From Alphaproteobacteria bacterium (GTDB lineage Bacteria > Pseudomonadota > Alphaproteobacteria > SP197): a DNA stretch of 64,000 nt. The position numbers and the translations under genes were made by a program. The stretch is from NCBI GenBank assembly GCA_965228895.1, contig OZ245842.1:1536001-1600000 (forward strand), given 5' to 3'. Below, one piece after another: positions 9,921-19,118 of this stretch. Position 1 is the stretch's first letter; every line of letters begins with the position of its first letter. The notes under the pieces were generated by a model, which saw only the letters and a program-made list of their open reading frames with translations, made no database searches and was not told the DNA's origin.

Positions 9921-11254
9921 AGGTTGCGCCGGTCCGTGTTGGACAAGGTCGAGTTCCAGGGCATGGGCAACAAGCGTGCCATCGCATCGATCAAGTTCTG
10001 ATCGAGGATGCCCGTAACCGGCAGGCCATATTCTTCCTGAAAGGTACGAATGGCTTTGCGGGTGTTGGGGCCGTCAACGCCGTCGACCGGCCCGTCCAGG
10101 CGGTTGTGCTCGCGCAGATAGCGTTGGACGGCGGCTACGTCGTTGCCCATGAGATCGCTTGCGATGGGAACCAGGCGGCGCGTCTGCTGGGCTGGTCGGA
10201 CTTCCAGGGTTTCGCGTAGGATCGTCGCGCGTTCCAGGCCAGCGCGGCGCAGATCTTCGGTCAGGACGCCAAGCAACCGCCTGCGATACTCCGACGCGGT
10301 CGCCGCAGCTTCCGTTTCGTCGCCTGACCGGGCGATCAGGACCCAGGCATAGGCTTCGATGATGTCTTGTTCCAGACCGATACCGTTGGCCAGGGCATAG
10401 GCCAGATTGATCTGGCCCGCCTCGCTGCCGCCGACGGCCGCCGCGTGATAGGCCGCAGCCGCACGGCCGGGGTCATGGGGGACACCGCGGCCAAAGTGAT
10501 ACATGACGCCCAGATTGTTCTGGGCAGTGGCAAAGCCTTGTTCGGCTGCCATACTGTACCAGTGGACGGCCTGCTCATAGTCCTGATCGACGCCGATACC
10601 GCGTTCATACATCAGGCCCAGATTGTTCTGCGCTTCCGCAAGCCCGCCATTGGCCGCTTGACGGTACCAAAAGAGCGCCTGTTCGGGATCGTTGCCGCTG
10701 CCGCCGGAGACGAAAGTGCGGCCCAGATTGTACTGCGCGGCCGCCATGCCCTGACTGGCGGCGCGATGATACCACAGCGACGCCAAATCGTTGTCGACCG
10801 GTACACCGGCACCCTTTTCCAAGGCGACCGCAAGACTGAATTGACCGGGTCCGTAACCGGCCTCGGCGGCTGACTGGTAAAGCTCGAAAGCCTTGCTCAG
10901 GTCCTGATCGAAACCCAGACCTCGGGCGTAAAAATCACCCAGCCGTTGTTGTGCTGCCGGCAGACCACGCGCCGCCGCATAGCCGTACCACGTCGCTGCC
11001 TCCTCATAGTCGGGTTCGCCCAGAAGGCCGGACTCATAAAGGACGCCCAGATTGAACTGGACGTCGACATGACCGGCCTGGCCCAGCTCTCGCCATTGGG
11101 TGACGGCCGACGGATAGTCGCCCTGGTGCACCGCCATCCAGCCATCGCTGAAGTCGGCCTTCGCCATCGGGGCGCCCAGCAGGATAGCGGCCGCCGCCAG
11201 CCAAAGACCGAGGCTTGGGCAATGCCATTTGATCCGCCACACTGCCGACATCAT
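9917..11254 (-). CDS. Exported SEL1-repeat protein with C-terminal peptidoglycan-binding domain
   Basis: Signal peptide, repeated AQxNLG..Y..G.G motifs, GPVDGVDGPNTRKAIRTFQ; start uncertain. Confidence 0.8.
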   Translation of the reverse strand: MMSAVWRIKWHCPSLGLWLAAAAILLGAPMAKADFSDGWMAVHQGDYPSAVTQWRELGQAGHVDVQFNLGVLYESGLLGEPDYEEAATWYGYAAARGLPAAQQRLGDFYARGLGFDQDLSKAFELYQSAAEAGYGPGQFSLAVALEKGAGVPVDNDLASLWYHRAASQGMAAAQYNLGRTFVSGGSGNDPEQALFWYRQAANGGLAEAQNNLGLMYERGIGVDQDYEQAVHWYSMAAEQGFATAQNNLGVMYHFGRGVPHDPGRAAAAYHAAAVGGSEAGQINLAYALANGIGLEQDIIEAYAWVLIARSGDETEAAATASEYRRRLLGVLTEDLRRAGLERATILRETLEVRPAQQTRRLVPIASDLMGNDVAAVQRYLREHNRLDGPVDGVDGPNTRKAIRTFQEEYGLPVTGILDQNLIDAMARLLPMPWNSTLSNTDRRNL

Positions 11255-11894
11255 GCCCGTCAAATCTGTTCCCGCTGCTCCACCCTACTGGTGCTCGGCC
11301 GCCGCTGACCTTGCGCGCCGCGATCCCACCCTTGCTCCTATCATTGCTGCCTACCCGGGTGAAGCCCTTGAACCCCATGGTGACATATTTCGAACGCTTG
11401 CCCGCGCGGTCGTCGGCCAGCAGATTTCGGTTCTGGCGGCCGAGCGCATCTGGAGCCGCCTAATCGCCGTCGCCGGCGATGTATCGCCGCAGAGATTTGT
11501 CCGCCTTTCCGCCGCGCAGTTGCGCGGTTGCGGCCTGACACGCCGGAAAGCCGACTGTCTGATCGCCGCCGCTCATGCGGCGTTGGCTGAGGACCAACAC
11601 TGGCCGTCCTGGCTTTCGCTGAGCGATGAGGAACTGGGCGTCCGGCTGACGCGGTTATCCGGCATCGGTCCTTGGACGGCGCATATGGTGCTGATCTTTG
11701 CGGCCGGGCGCGCCGATATTCTGCCGACCGGTGATATCGGGCTGCGGCGCGTGGCGGGCGAACTTTATGGCACAACGGGGAGGGCGATGGAGGTCGCGGA
11801 ACTGACGGTCTTGGCCGAGGGCTGGCGGCCCTGGCGCTCGGTCGCCGTTTGGTATCTATGGCGGTCGTTGGACCCGGTGCCCGTGGCGTATTGA
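11253..11894 (+). CDS. DNA-3-methyladenine glycosylase II (AlkA/HhH-GPD family)
   Basis: VGQQISV, HhH LSGIGPWTA, DILPTGD, WRPWRS. Confidence 0.85.
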   Translation: MPVKSVPAAPPYWCSAAADLARRDPTLAPIIAAYPGEALEPHGDIFRTLARAVVGQQISVLAAERIWSRLIAVAGDVSPQRFVRLSAAQLRGCGLTRRKADCLIAAAHAALAEDQHWPSWLSLSDEELGVRLTRLSGIGPWTAHMVLIFAAGRADILPTGDIGLRRVAGELYGTTGRAMEVAELTVLAEGWRPWRSVAVWYLWRSLDPVPVAY

Positions 11895-11911
11895 CGCCGC
11901 GGAAATCTGCT

Positions 11912-12208
11912 CTAGTGGTCGCGGGCGTAAAAGGCGAGGCCGACGAGACCCAGAACGGCGATCACGGCGACCGAAATGAACGGATCGACGCTGGTGATGC
12001 CGCTGACAACCCAGTTCACCCAGCCGGACGCCTGTTCGCCGATGTTGGAGCCGCTTTGAACATGCTGGGCGATGAGCAGGGCGACGATGGTCCCGATGGC
12101 GACAACGCCCGTTCCGGTGACAAAGGACATCATGCGCGACCAGAACGATGCCTTGTGCCGCGAGGTCGCGAAGATACGCTTTTTGACTCGGGGTTCAGAT
12201 ACGATCAT
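11912..12208 (-). CDS. Small hypothetical membrane protein (two hydrophobic segments) downstream of the riboswitch
   Basis: AAGGGA SD 7 nt before ATG at 12208; basic N-terminus and two TM stretches. Confidence 0.65.
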   Translation of the reverse strand: MIVSEPRVKKRIFATSRHKASFWSRMMSFVTGTGVVAIGTIVALLIAQHVQSGSNIGEQASGWVNWVVSGITSVDPFISVAVIAVLGLVGLAFYARDH

Positions 12209-12214
12209 CACGTC

Positions 12215-12299
12215 ATCCCTTCGGTAACCCCGCTACCTGACGCGCCCAGGCCGGAGGCTTTGCGTCCCGGCGTCGCCGCCGGTTTGCCGTTTCGGGGAT
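12215..12299 (-). promoter_or_regulatory. Cyclic di-GMP-I (GEMM) riboswitch aptamer
   Basis: - strand reads GGCAAACC-ggcg-GCGA-cgcc-GGGACGCAAAGCCTCCGGCCT...AGGTAGCGGGGTTACCGA, matching the Vibrio Vc2 aptamer core as recalled. Confidence 0.88.
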
Positions 12300-12503
12300 A
12301 GTGGCCCACCTGTTGGGGGACCCAGCGCCCTATGCGCTATCTATCCGCACACTCGATTCAGTAGCGCGAATGCAAGATTGGAGTCGAGTGACAGCGCTCA
12401 CAAAGCTGTGGATTGCCTGCCGGATCGGGCGTTTGACGGACGCTCTTGACGGTATCGCGTGCGGTGAGGATCATCGCCGCGAACCTCTCCTGGAAATGTC
12501 CTC

Positions 12504-13679
12504 ATGTCTCTCGTGACGAATCGGCTGGTCGAACAGGTCCAGCTCCCGCCAATTCCGCAAGCTTGGGCATGGGTCGACGGCGTGATCTTCCCGGCCGACC
12601 GGCCGCTTCTGGATGTCTGCCAGGCGGTGCCGGGCTACCCGCCGCCGTCCGAACTGACCGACCATCTGGCCGAGCGTGTGCGCGATGGTGGAACGGCAGT
12701 CTATACCGACATCGCCGGCCTGCCGGAGCTCAGGCAGACCCTGGCCGCCGATATTACAGAACGCTACCGCGCCGATGTTCGCGCCGATGACATCATGATC
12801 ATGGCCGGCTGCAATCAGGCTTTCTGGAACACCATGGTCGCCTTGGCCGGCAACGGTGACCAGGTGATCCTGCCGTCGCCCTGGTACTTCAATCACGAGA
12901 TGTCGCTGCGCATGCTGGGCATCGAGGTGGCGCCGCTGCCGTTTCGCGCCGACCGGGCCGGCATTCCCGACCCCGAAGACGCCCGAAAACTCATCGGCCC
13001 ACATACCCGCGCGATCGTCTTGGTGACGCCCAACAACCCAACCGGCGCCGTCTATCCGCCGGATGTCCTGAATGCGTTTTTTGATCTGGCAAGGGAGGCC
13101 GACTGCGCGTTGGTCATCGACGAGACATATCGCGACTTTCTGCCGCCCGATGCGGCGCCTCACGACCTCTTCGCCCGCAAGGATTGGGGCGACACACTGG
13201 TGCATCTCTATAGCTTCTCGAAGGTGTTTTGCCTGACCGGCTATCGTGTCGGCGCGGTTGCCACCGGCGCTACTCTGCGCACGGCCCTTACCAAGGTCAC
13301 GGACTGCGTTCAGATCTGCGCGCCGCACATCGGACAAGAGGCGGCGCTCTATGGACTAGGTCATCTGGATGCTTGGCGGACCAGCAATCAAGAGATGATG
13401 GCCGGTCGCGCCGACGCACTGATCCGCGCTTTTCAGCGCAACGACCTGACCTATGACCTGGTCAGCGCCGGTGCCTATTTCGCCTTTGTCCGTCATCCCT
13501 TCGGTGACGAGCCGTCGGAAAGCGTCGCGAAGCGGCTGGCGAGAGACCACGGTGTGTTGTGCCTTCCGGGTAGTTGGTTCGGCCCGGATCAAGACGCCTA
13601 TCTGCGGTTCGCCTTTGCCAACCTCGACCAATCGGTCATGCCCTCCATTGTCGAACGTCTGGTCGACAGCCAGCCTTAA
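12504..13679 (+). CDS. PLP-dependent aminotransferase class I/II
   Basis: VTPNNPTG, IDETY, YSFSKVFCLTGYRVG. Confidence 0.88.
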   Translation: MSLVTNRLVEQVQLPPIPQAWAWVDGVIFPADRPLLDVCQAVPGYPPPSELTDHLAERVRDGGTAVYTDIAGLPELRQTLAADITERYRADVRADDIMIMAGCNQAFWNTMVALAGNGDQVILPSPWYFNHEMSLRMLGIEVAPLPFRADRAGIPDPEDARKLIGPHTRAIVLVTPNNPTGAVYPPDVLNAFFDLAREADCALVIDETYRDFLPPDAAPHDLFARKDWGDTLVHLYSFSKVFCLTGYRVGAVATGATLRTALTKVTDCVQICAPHIGQEAALYGLGHLDAWRTSNQEMMAGRADALIRAFQRNDLTYDLVSAGAYFAFVRHPFGDEPSESVAKRLARDHGVLCLPGSWFGPDQDAYLRFAFANLDQSVMPSIVERLVDSQP

Positions 13680-13702
13680 ACCCATCCCTAGACAAAGGCT
13701 GC

Positions 13703-14992
13703 TCAGCGTTCGCGAAAGGACTCATGGCGCAGCTTTAGAACCGGCTTCAGCAGGTAGCGCAGCACCGTGTCGGTGCCGGTGTGGATATCGAGCGTTGCTT
13801 CCATGCCTGCGGTGATCGGCAGGTCGCCGGGCTCAGTACCCAGATACCCCTGGTCGGTTGCGGCGATGACGCGGAAATAGGTGTTGCCTTCTTCGTCCTG
13901 GTGGGAGTCCGGCGAAACCAGAATAACTTCCGCGTCCAGACCGCCGTAACGGATGTAGTCATAGGTCGAAATCTTGACGATCGCCGACTGCCCCGCTTCG
14001 ACATAACCGATGTCTTGGGGATTAAGGCGCGCCTCGATGACCAGCGTCTCGTTTGACGGCACGATGTCCATCAGCGCGTCACCCGGCCGGACCACCGCGC
14101 CGATTGTATAGTATTTGAGGCTCTTCACGATGCCGTCGATCGGGCTTGTGATCAACGTGCGCTGGCTCATGGCCGAGGCCTTGATCAGTTCCTCGCTGGT
14201 GTGGTCGATCGAGAGTTCGACGCTGGCCAGATCTTCCAGGGCGGCACGGCGAAACGCGATCTCGGTCTCGTGAATGCGCTCGGTTGCCTGAGCCAGCGCG
14301 GCTTCGGCCGCCGGGATACTCTCGGCGAGCGATTCCAACTGGCCGCGGATTTGTTCGACCTCCGATTCGGCGGCCAGATAATCCAATCGTGAGATCAGGC
14401 CGTCGGTGATCAGGTCTTCGGCGATGGCGAAGTTCTCGCGCGCCAGGCGAAACTGATCACGCAGGCTGGCTTGTTCGGCTTTCAACTGGCGGATCTCGAA
14501 GTCTCTCTGATTGACCTCCTGCTGCAGGCCGATCAGGGCGCTTTCCATTTCGTCCTGCCGCGCGTGAAATGCGCTGAGTTCGTTCTCCATAACCGCCTGG
14601 CGGCGTTCGGCGACTTCTGCAGGGAAATCCGGTTCTCCGCCATTGGCCTCGGCTAGCAGTCTCGCGCGCCGCAGCATCAGACCGTCCAGCGTCACCCGAA
14701 GTTCGGACTCCTCGGTGTTCGACGCCGAGAGATCGAGGCGGACGAGGGGGTCGCCGGCCGCGACGATGTCGCCATCGGTGACATACATTTCCTCGATGAT
14801 GCCGCCTTCCAGGTGCTGGATGGTCTTGATCTGGCCCTGGGGCACGACCTCGCCCTGGGCAATGGCGAACTCGTCGATCCTGGCTTGGGCTGCCCATACC
14901 AAGAGGCCGATCAACAGCAGCACGATCAAGATTCCGCTGACCCTGAGACGCGACGCCTTGTGCCGTCCGGCGATGTCGTCGAGTGTGCTCAC
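13703..14992 (-). CDS. Type I secretion periplasmic adaptor (HlyD family)
   Basis: N-terminal TM, IQHLEGGII, coiled coil, SPIDGIV, YDYIRYGGL, YLLKPV. Confidence 0.92.
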   Translation of the reverse strand: MSTLDDIAGRHKASRLRVSGILIVLLLIGLLVWAAQARIDEFAIAQGEVVPQGQIKTIQHLEGGIIEEMYVTDGDIVAAGDPLVRLDLSASNTEESELRVTLDGLMLRRARLLAEANGGEPDFPAEVAERRQAVMENELSAFHARQDEMESALIGLQQEVNQRDFEIRQLKAEQASLRDQFRLARENFAIAEDLITDGLISRLDYLAAESEVEQIRGQLESLAESIPAAEAALAQATERIHETEIAFRRAALEDLASVELSIDHTSEELIKASAMSQRTLITSPIDGIVKSLKYYTIGAVVRPGDALMDIVPSNETLVIEARLNPQDIGYVEAGQSAIVKISTYDYIRYGGLDAEVILVSPDSHQDEEGNTYFRVIAATDQGYLGTEPGDLPITAGMEATLDIHTGTDTVLRYLLKPVLKLRHESFRER

Positions 14993-16752
14993 GCTTTGCG
15001 GGCCTCGGCCAGATGAGGACCAGCTTTGGGTTCCGATGCGTTGGCTGCTTGGCGCGGCAGGTTATCGAATACCTTGGCCAGGACGTCCTTTGTCGGTCCG
15101 GCGATGGCAATGCGCCCTTTCTCCAGGCCGACAATGTGTGTGCAGGCAGCCAGCATGATCGGCGTGTGGGTCGCCATGACGATCGTGTGGTCGCGTGCCC
15201 GTTCGACCAGGATGTCGCGCAGTGTCTTTTCGGCCTCGCGATCCAGATTGGCGGCGACTTCATCCAGCAGCAGGATCGGCGGATCGTTAAGCAGTGCGCG
15301 GGCAACAGCGATGCGCTGGCGCTGGCCGCCCGACAGCCGTCGGCCGGCTTCACCAATATCCGAGCCGTAGCCGTCGGGCAGGTCGGAGATGAACCCGTGT
15401 GCGCCTGCCGCCGTGGCAGCAGCAATGATGTCCTGATCACGCGCGTCCGGGTTCATGCCAGCGATGTTGTCGCGGATCGTGCCGTGGAAGAGGGCGGCTT
15501 CCTGCGGCACATAGCCGACCCAGCGCGCGAGATCCTGGCGCGTGAATTGGTTCAGATCGGCGCCATCGAGCAGCACGCGTCCGTTAGTCGGCTCATAGAG
15601 CCCCTGCATCAGTTTGATTAGTGTCGTCTTGCCGGCGCCGTTCGGACCGACCAGGCCGACGATGCCACCGGGCTTGAAGTGCATGTTGACGCCATTGACC
15701 ACGTTCGGGCCGTTTTCGCCGAAGCTGAAGGAGACGTTCTGCAGAATCAGCTCGCCGCGCGGGCGGGCAAGCTCGATCGTCGCCTCGGTCCGCTCCTCGG
15801 CCAGCTCGAAGGCTTCGCTCAGATGATCGACGGACTGATGGTAGGACGAGAGATTGCGCCACGTGTTGACCAGCTGGTTCATGGGCGCGATCAGCCGGTT
15901 GCTCAGCATATTCGTCGCGATCAGGGCGCCGATGGAAAGCTCCTGGTTCAGAATCGCAATGGCGCCGAAGCTTGTCAGGACGACCGTGGTGATGAACGAC
16001 ATGGTGAGCGACATATTGGCGAAGGTGTCGTTCCAACGGCCGCGCGCGATTGAGTGGGTGATGACTTCGGCGTGTTTTTCTTCCCACTGGTTCCGGAAAC
16101 CCTCTTCCAGGCCCAGCGCCTTCATTGTCGTGCGTCCGGCCAGCATGTCGGCGATCAGCTCATCGCGGCTCAACAGGCCCGTACGCTCCTGGCGGCTTGC
16201 CTTGTCCAGGACGGAACCCGACAGCCAGGCGACGATCATGAAGGCGGGAATGATGATCAAGAGAAGCCAGGCGATCGGGGCCGCGATGACGAAAACCAGG
16301 ACGACGAACAGCGGTACGAAAGGCAGCTCGGTCGCCAGCACCGCGCTGGGGCCGGAATACATGTTGCGGACGTTATCGCCGTCGCGGTAGAGCGAGTGCC
16401 AGTAGCTCGCCGGGCGCTGCTCGAGCACGCGCAGGGGCAGCGCGCTGATCTTGTCGAAGATGCTGCGCCCCAGCTTGACGTCGATTAGCAAGGCGGCGCG
16501 CTGCAGGATGCGGCTTCTGGCTTGGCGCAGGATGAAATCGAAGGCGATGACGACGGCGATGCCGCTGACCAGCGCGATCAGCGTCGTCGTGCCTTGGAAA
16601 AACACCACGCGGTCGTAGACCTGCAGCACGAAGATCGGCAGGCCAAGCGCCAGAATGTTGACGAACAGCGACAGCAGCATCACCTCGCGAAACGCGGGCA
16701 TCAGCGGCTTCAGCAGCTGTTTCAGCCATGTCTTGTTATGGGACATCCCCAT
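14989..16752 (-). CDS. Type I secretion ABC transporter (LapB/HlyB-like, no C39 domain)
   Basis: LQVYDRVV, TM domain, GPNGAGKT, LSGGQRQR, LLLDE; start uncertain. Confidence 0.9.
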   Translation of the reverse strand: MGMSHNKTWLKQLLKPLMPAFREVMLLSLFVNILALGLPIFVLQVYDRVVFFQGTTTLIALVSGIAVVIAFDFILRQARSRILQRAALLIDVKLGRSIFDKISALPLRVLEQRPASYWHSLYRDGDNVRNMYSGPSAVLATELPFVPLFVVLVFVIAAPIAWLLLIIIPAFMIVAWLSGSVLDKASRQERTGLLSRDELIADMLAGRTTMKALGLEEGFRNQWEEKHAEVITHSIARGRWNDTFANMSLTMSFITTVVLTSFGAIAILNQELSIGALIATNMLSNRLIAPMNQLVNTWRNLSSYHQSVDHLSEAFELAEERTEATIELARPRGELILQNVSFSFGENGPNVVNGVNMHFKPGGIVGLVGPNGAGKTTLIKLMQGLYEPTNGRVLLDGADLNQFTRQDLARWVGYVPQEAALFHGTIRDNIAGMNPDARDQDIIAAATAAGAHGFISDLPDGYGSDIGEAGRRLSGGQRQRIAVARALLNDPPILLLDEVAANLDREAEKTLRDILVERARDHTIVMATHTPIMLAACTHIVGLEKGRIAIAGPTKDVLAKVFDNLPRQAANASEPKAGPHLAEARKA

Positions 16753-16871
16753 GCCCGGATTGTGCCACGGCAGAGGCCGTTGCGCCATCACCTCATGACT
16801 TGGGCTTTCTCTTTGTCTCACAACGGGTTAATGGTGTTTCCCTAAAACCACGTTGAAGCAGCGTTGGGGCT

Positions 16872-19097
16872 ATGATTAAGCAGCTGACAAGCTGGAAGGT
16901 GACCTATGGGATCGCGCTGGCGCTGCTCGCGGGCATGATCTGGCTGCGTTTGGCCGATCCGGTGCCGCTGCAGACACTAGAAAACAAAGTCTTTGATGTC
17001 TATCAGCAGTTGCGCCCGCGAGAGCTGCCCGAACAACCTCTACCCGTACGCATCGTCGATTTGGACGAGAAAAGCTTCGGCGAACTCGGCCAATGGCCGT
17101 GGCCGCGCAATCTCTTTGCCCGGCTGGTGTCGAGCCTGGTCGACGATTATCAGGTCGGTGCCGTCGGTTTCGATATCGTGTTCGCCGAACCCGACCGGCT
17201 GACCCCCGAACAGTTGATCGAAAGCCTGGAAGGTCTCGATGCCGAGACCGAGCGCCGCCTGATGGAGTTGACCAACAACGATGCCACCTTGGCCCAAGCC
17301 ATATCCGGAAAACCGGTGGTGCTGGGTCAGGTTGCGTCCAACTTCGGTGAATTGCCGCTTGAGGCCAACAAGCCGTTGAAGACGGGCATCGCCATGGTCG
17401 GCGAAGGCGATGCCGACAGCATCGCCCAGCAAATCCGAAGTTTCAGCGGCATGATCCGTAACCTTCGTATTCTCGAGGACAGCGCAACCGGCATCGGCAG
17501 TTTCAGCGTGGTGCCTGATGCCGATGGCATCATTCGCCGGGTGCCGTTGATCGTTGCCGTTGGCGACCAGATCTATCCGGCGCTCAGCATCGAGACGCTT
17601 CGCGTCGCATCCCAGATCCCGACACTGTTGATCAAGTACGGTCCAACTGGGGCGTCTTCGGTCAATTTCACGCAAGACCTTGGTATTCCGATCGATAGGC
17701 ACGGCGAGGCGACATTTTATCAGGCGCCCTACAGTCAGCATCGCTACGTTTCGGCCGTCGATGTCATCAACGGAGACGTTTCGCCGGAGCTGCTTGCCGG
17801 GCACATTGTCTTTATCGGCACGTCGGCGGCCGGACAGGGTGATATCAGAAGCACGCCGCTCCATCCGGCACTGCCCGGTGTCGAGGTCCACGCGCAGATT
17901 GTCGAGAACATGCTGACGGGCGCTTTGCTGAGCCGGCCTACCGAGGCGACCGTGATCGAAAGCCTCATCATCCTGGTGACCGGACTGATGCTCTTGATCG
18001 GACTGCCCATGGTCGGCGCGATCTGGAGTTTGTTTGCGGTCAGCGTCATCAATGTCGGTGTCGTCGGGACGTCTTGGTACATGTTCACCGACGAGGGCAT
18101 GCTGATCGGCGTCGCCTATCCGCTGATCTGCTCATTCCTGCTCTATATGTTCCTGACCTATATGAGCTATCTGCGCGAGGAGCTGAGCAAGAAGCAGGTC
18201 AGAAGCGCGTTCTCGCAGTATCTCTCGCCGACCATGGTCGAGCAGCTCGCCAAGGACCCCGACAAGCTTCAGCTTGGCGGCGAGATGCGCAACATGACGC
18301 TGCTGTTTTCCGACATCCGCGGCTTCACCGCGATCTCCGAACAGTTCCGCGGCAACCCGGTCGGCCTGGTCAGTCTGATCAACCGCTTTCTGACGCCGAT
18401 GACCGGCATCATCCTGGAGCGCAAGGGTACGATCGACAAATACATGGGCGACTGCATCATGGCGTTCTGGAACGCGCCGATCGAAGACGAAGACCAGATT
18501 GATCACGCCTGCGATGCCGCGCTGACCATGGTCGAGCGCATACGCGATCTGAACGAAGAGATCGAGCGTGAGAGCGAGGCTGAAGGCAGACCGTTTTTCC
18601 CGATCAAGATGGGCGTTGGTATCAACACCGGCGAGGTCTTCGTCGGCAACATGGGGTCGGACCAGCGCTTCGACTATTCGGTGATCGGCGACGACGTCAA
18701 TCTGGCGTCGCGTCTGGAAGGCCAGTCGAAAACCTACGGTGTCTTGATTGTTGTCGGTGAGTCGACTCATCGGGGGGCCGACCGTTTCGCGTCGCTGGAG
18801 CTGGACCTGATCAGGGTCAAGGGCAAGCAGGAAGCCGTCCGTATTTTTACGCTGCTGGGCCGCGAGGACGTGCTGAACTCCGACGCGTTTGCCGAACTTC
18901 GTAAGAACCACGAGGACATGCTGGATGCCTATCGGGCGCAGCGCTGGGACGATGCGGAAGGCCTGATCGCGGCCTGCCGCCAACGCGAGCCATCACTCGG
19001 TGAGTTCTACGATCTCTATCAGGAACGGGTTGACGCGTTCCGTGCCGATCCGCCGGGTGACGCGTGGGACGGTGTCTTTACCGCCGAGTCAAAGTAG
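16872..19097 (+). CDS. CHASE2-domain class III adenylate/guanylate cyclase
   Basis: GQWPWPR, FDIVFAEPD, PGVEVHAQ (CHASE2); three TM; FSDIRGFT, DKYMGD, GDDVNLASRLEG. Confidence 0.92.
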   Translation: MIKQLTSWKVTYGIALALLAGMIWLRLADPVPLQTLENKVFDVYQQLRPRELPEQPLPVRIVDLDEKSFGELGQWPWPRNLFARLVSSLVDDYQVGAVGFDIVFAEPDRLTPEQLIESLEGLDAETERRLMELTNNDATLAQAISGKPVVLGQVASNFGELPLEANKPLKTGIAMVGEGDADSIAQQIRSFSGMIRNLRILEDSATGIGSFSVVPDADGIIRRVPLIVAVGDQIYPALSIETLRVASQIPTLLIKYGPTGASSVNFTQDLGIPIDRHGEATFYQAPYSQHRYVSAVDVINGDVSPELLAGHIVFIGTSAAGQGDIRSTPLHPALPGVEVHAQIVENMLTGALLSRPTEATVIESLIILVTGLMLLIGLPMVGAIWSLFAVSVINVGVVGTSWYMFTDEGMLIGVAYPLICSFLLYMFLTYMSYLREELSKKQVRSAFSQYLSPTMVEQLAKDPDKLQLGGEMRNMTLLFSDIRGFTAISEQFRGNPVGLVSLINRFLTPMTGIILERKGTIDKYMGDCIMAFWNAPIEDEDQIDHACDAALTMVERIRDLNEEIERESEAEGRPFFPIKMGVGINTGEVFVGNMGSDQRFDYSVIGDDVNLASRLEGQSKTYGVLIVVGESTHRGADRFASLELDLIRVKGKQEAVRIFTLLGREDVLNSDAFAELRKNHEDMLDAYRAQRWDDAEGLIAACRQREPSLGEFYDLYQERVDAFRADPPGDAWDGVFTAESK

Positions 19098-19118
19098 GGG
19101 CTGCAACCGCGCTGCGGC

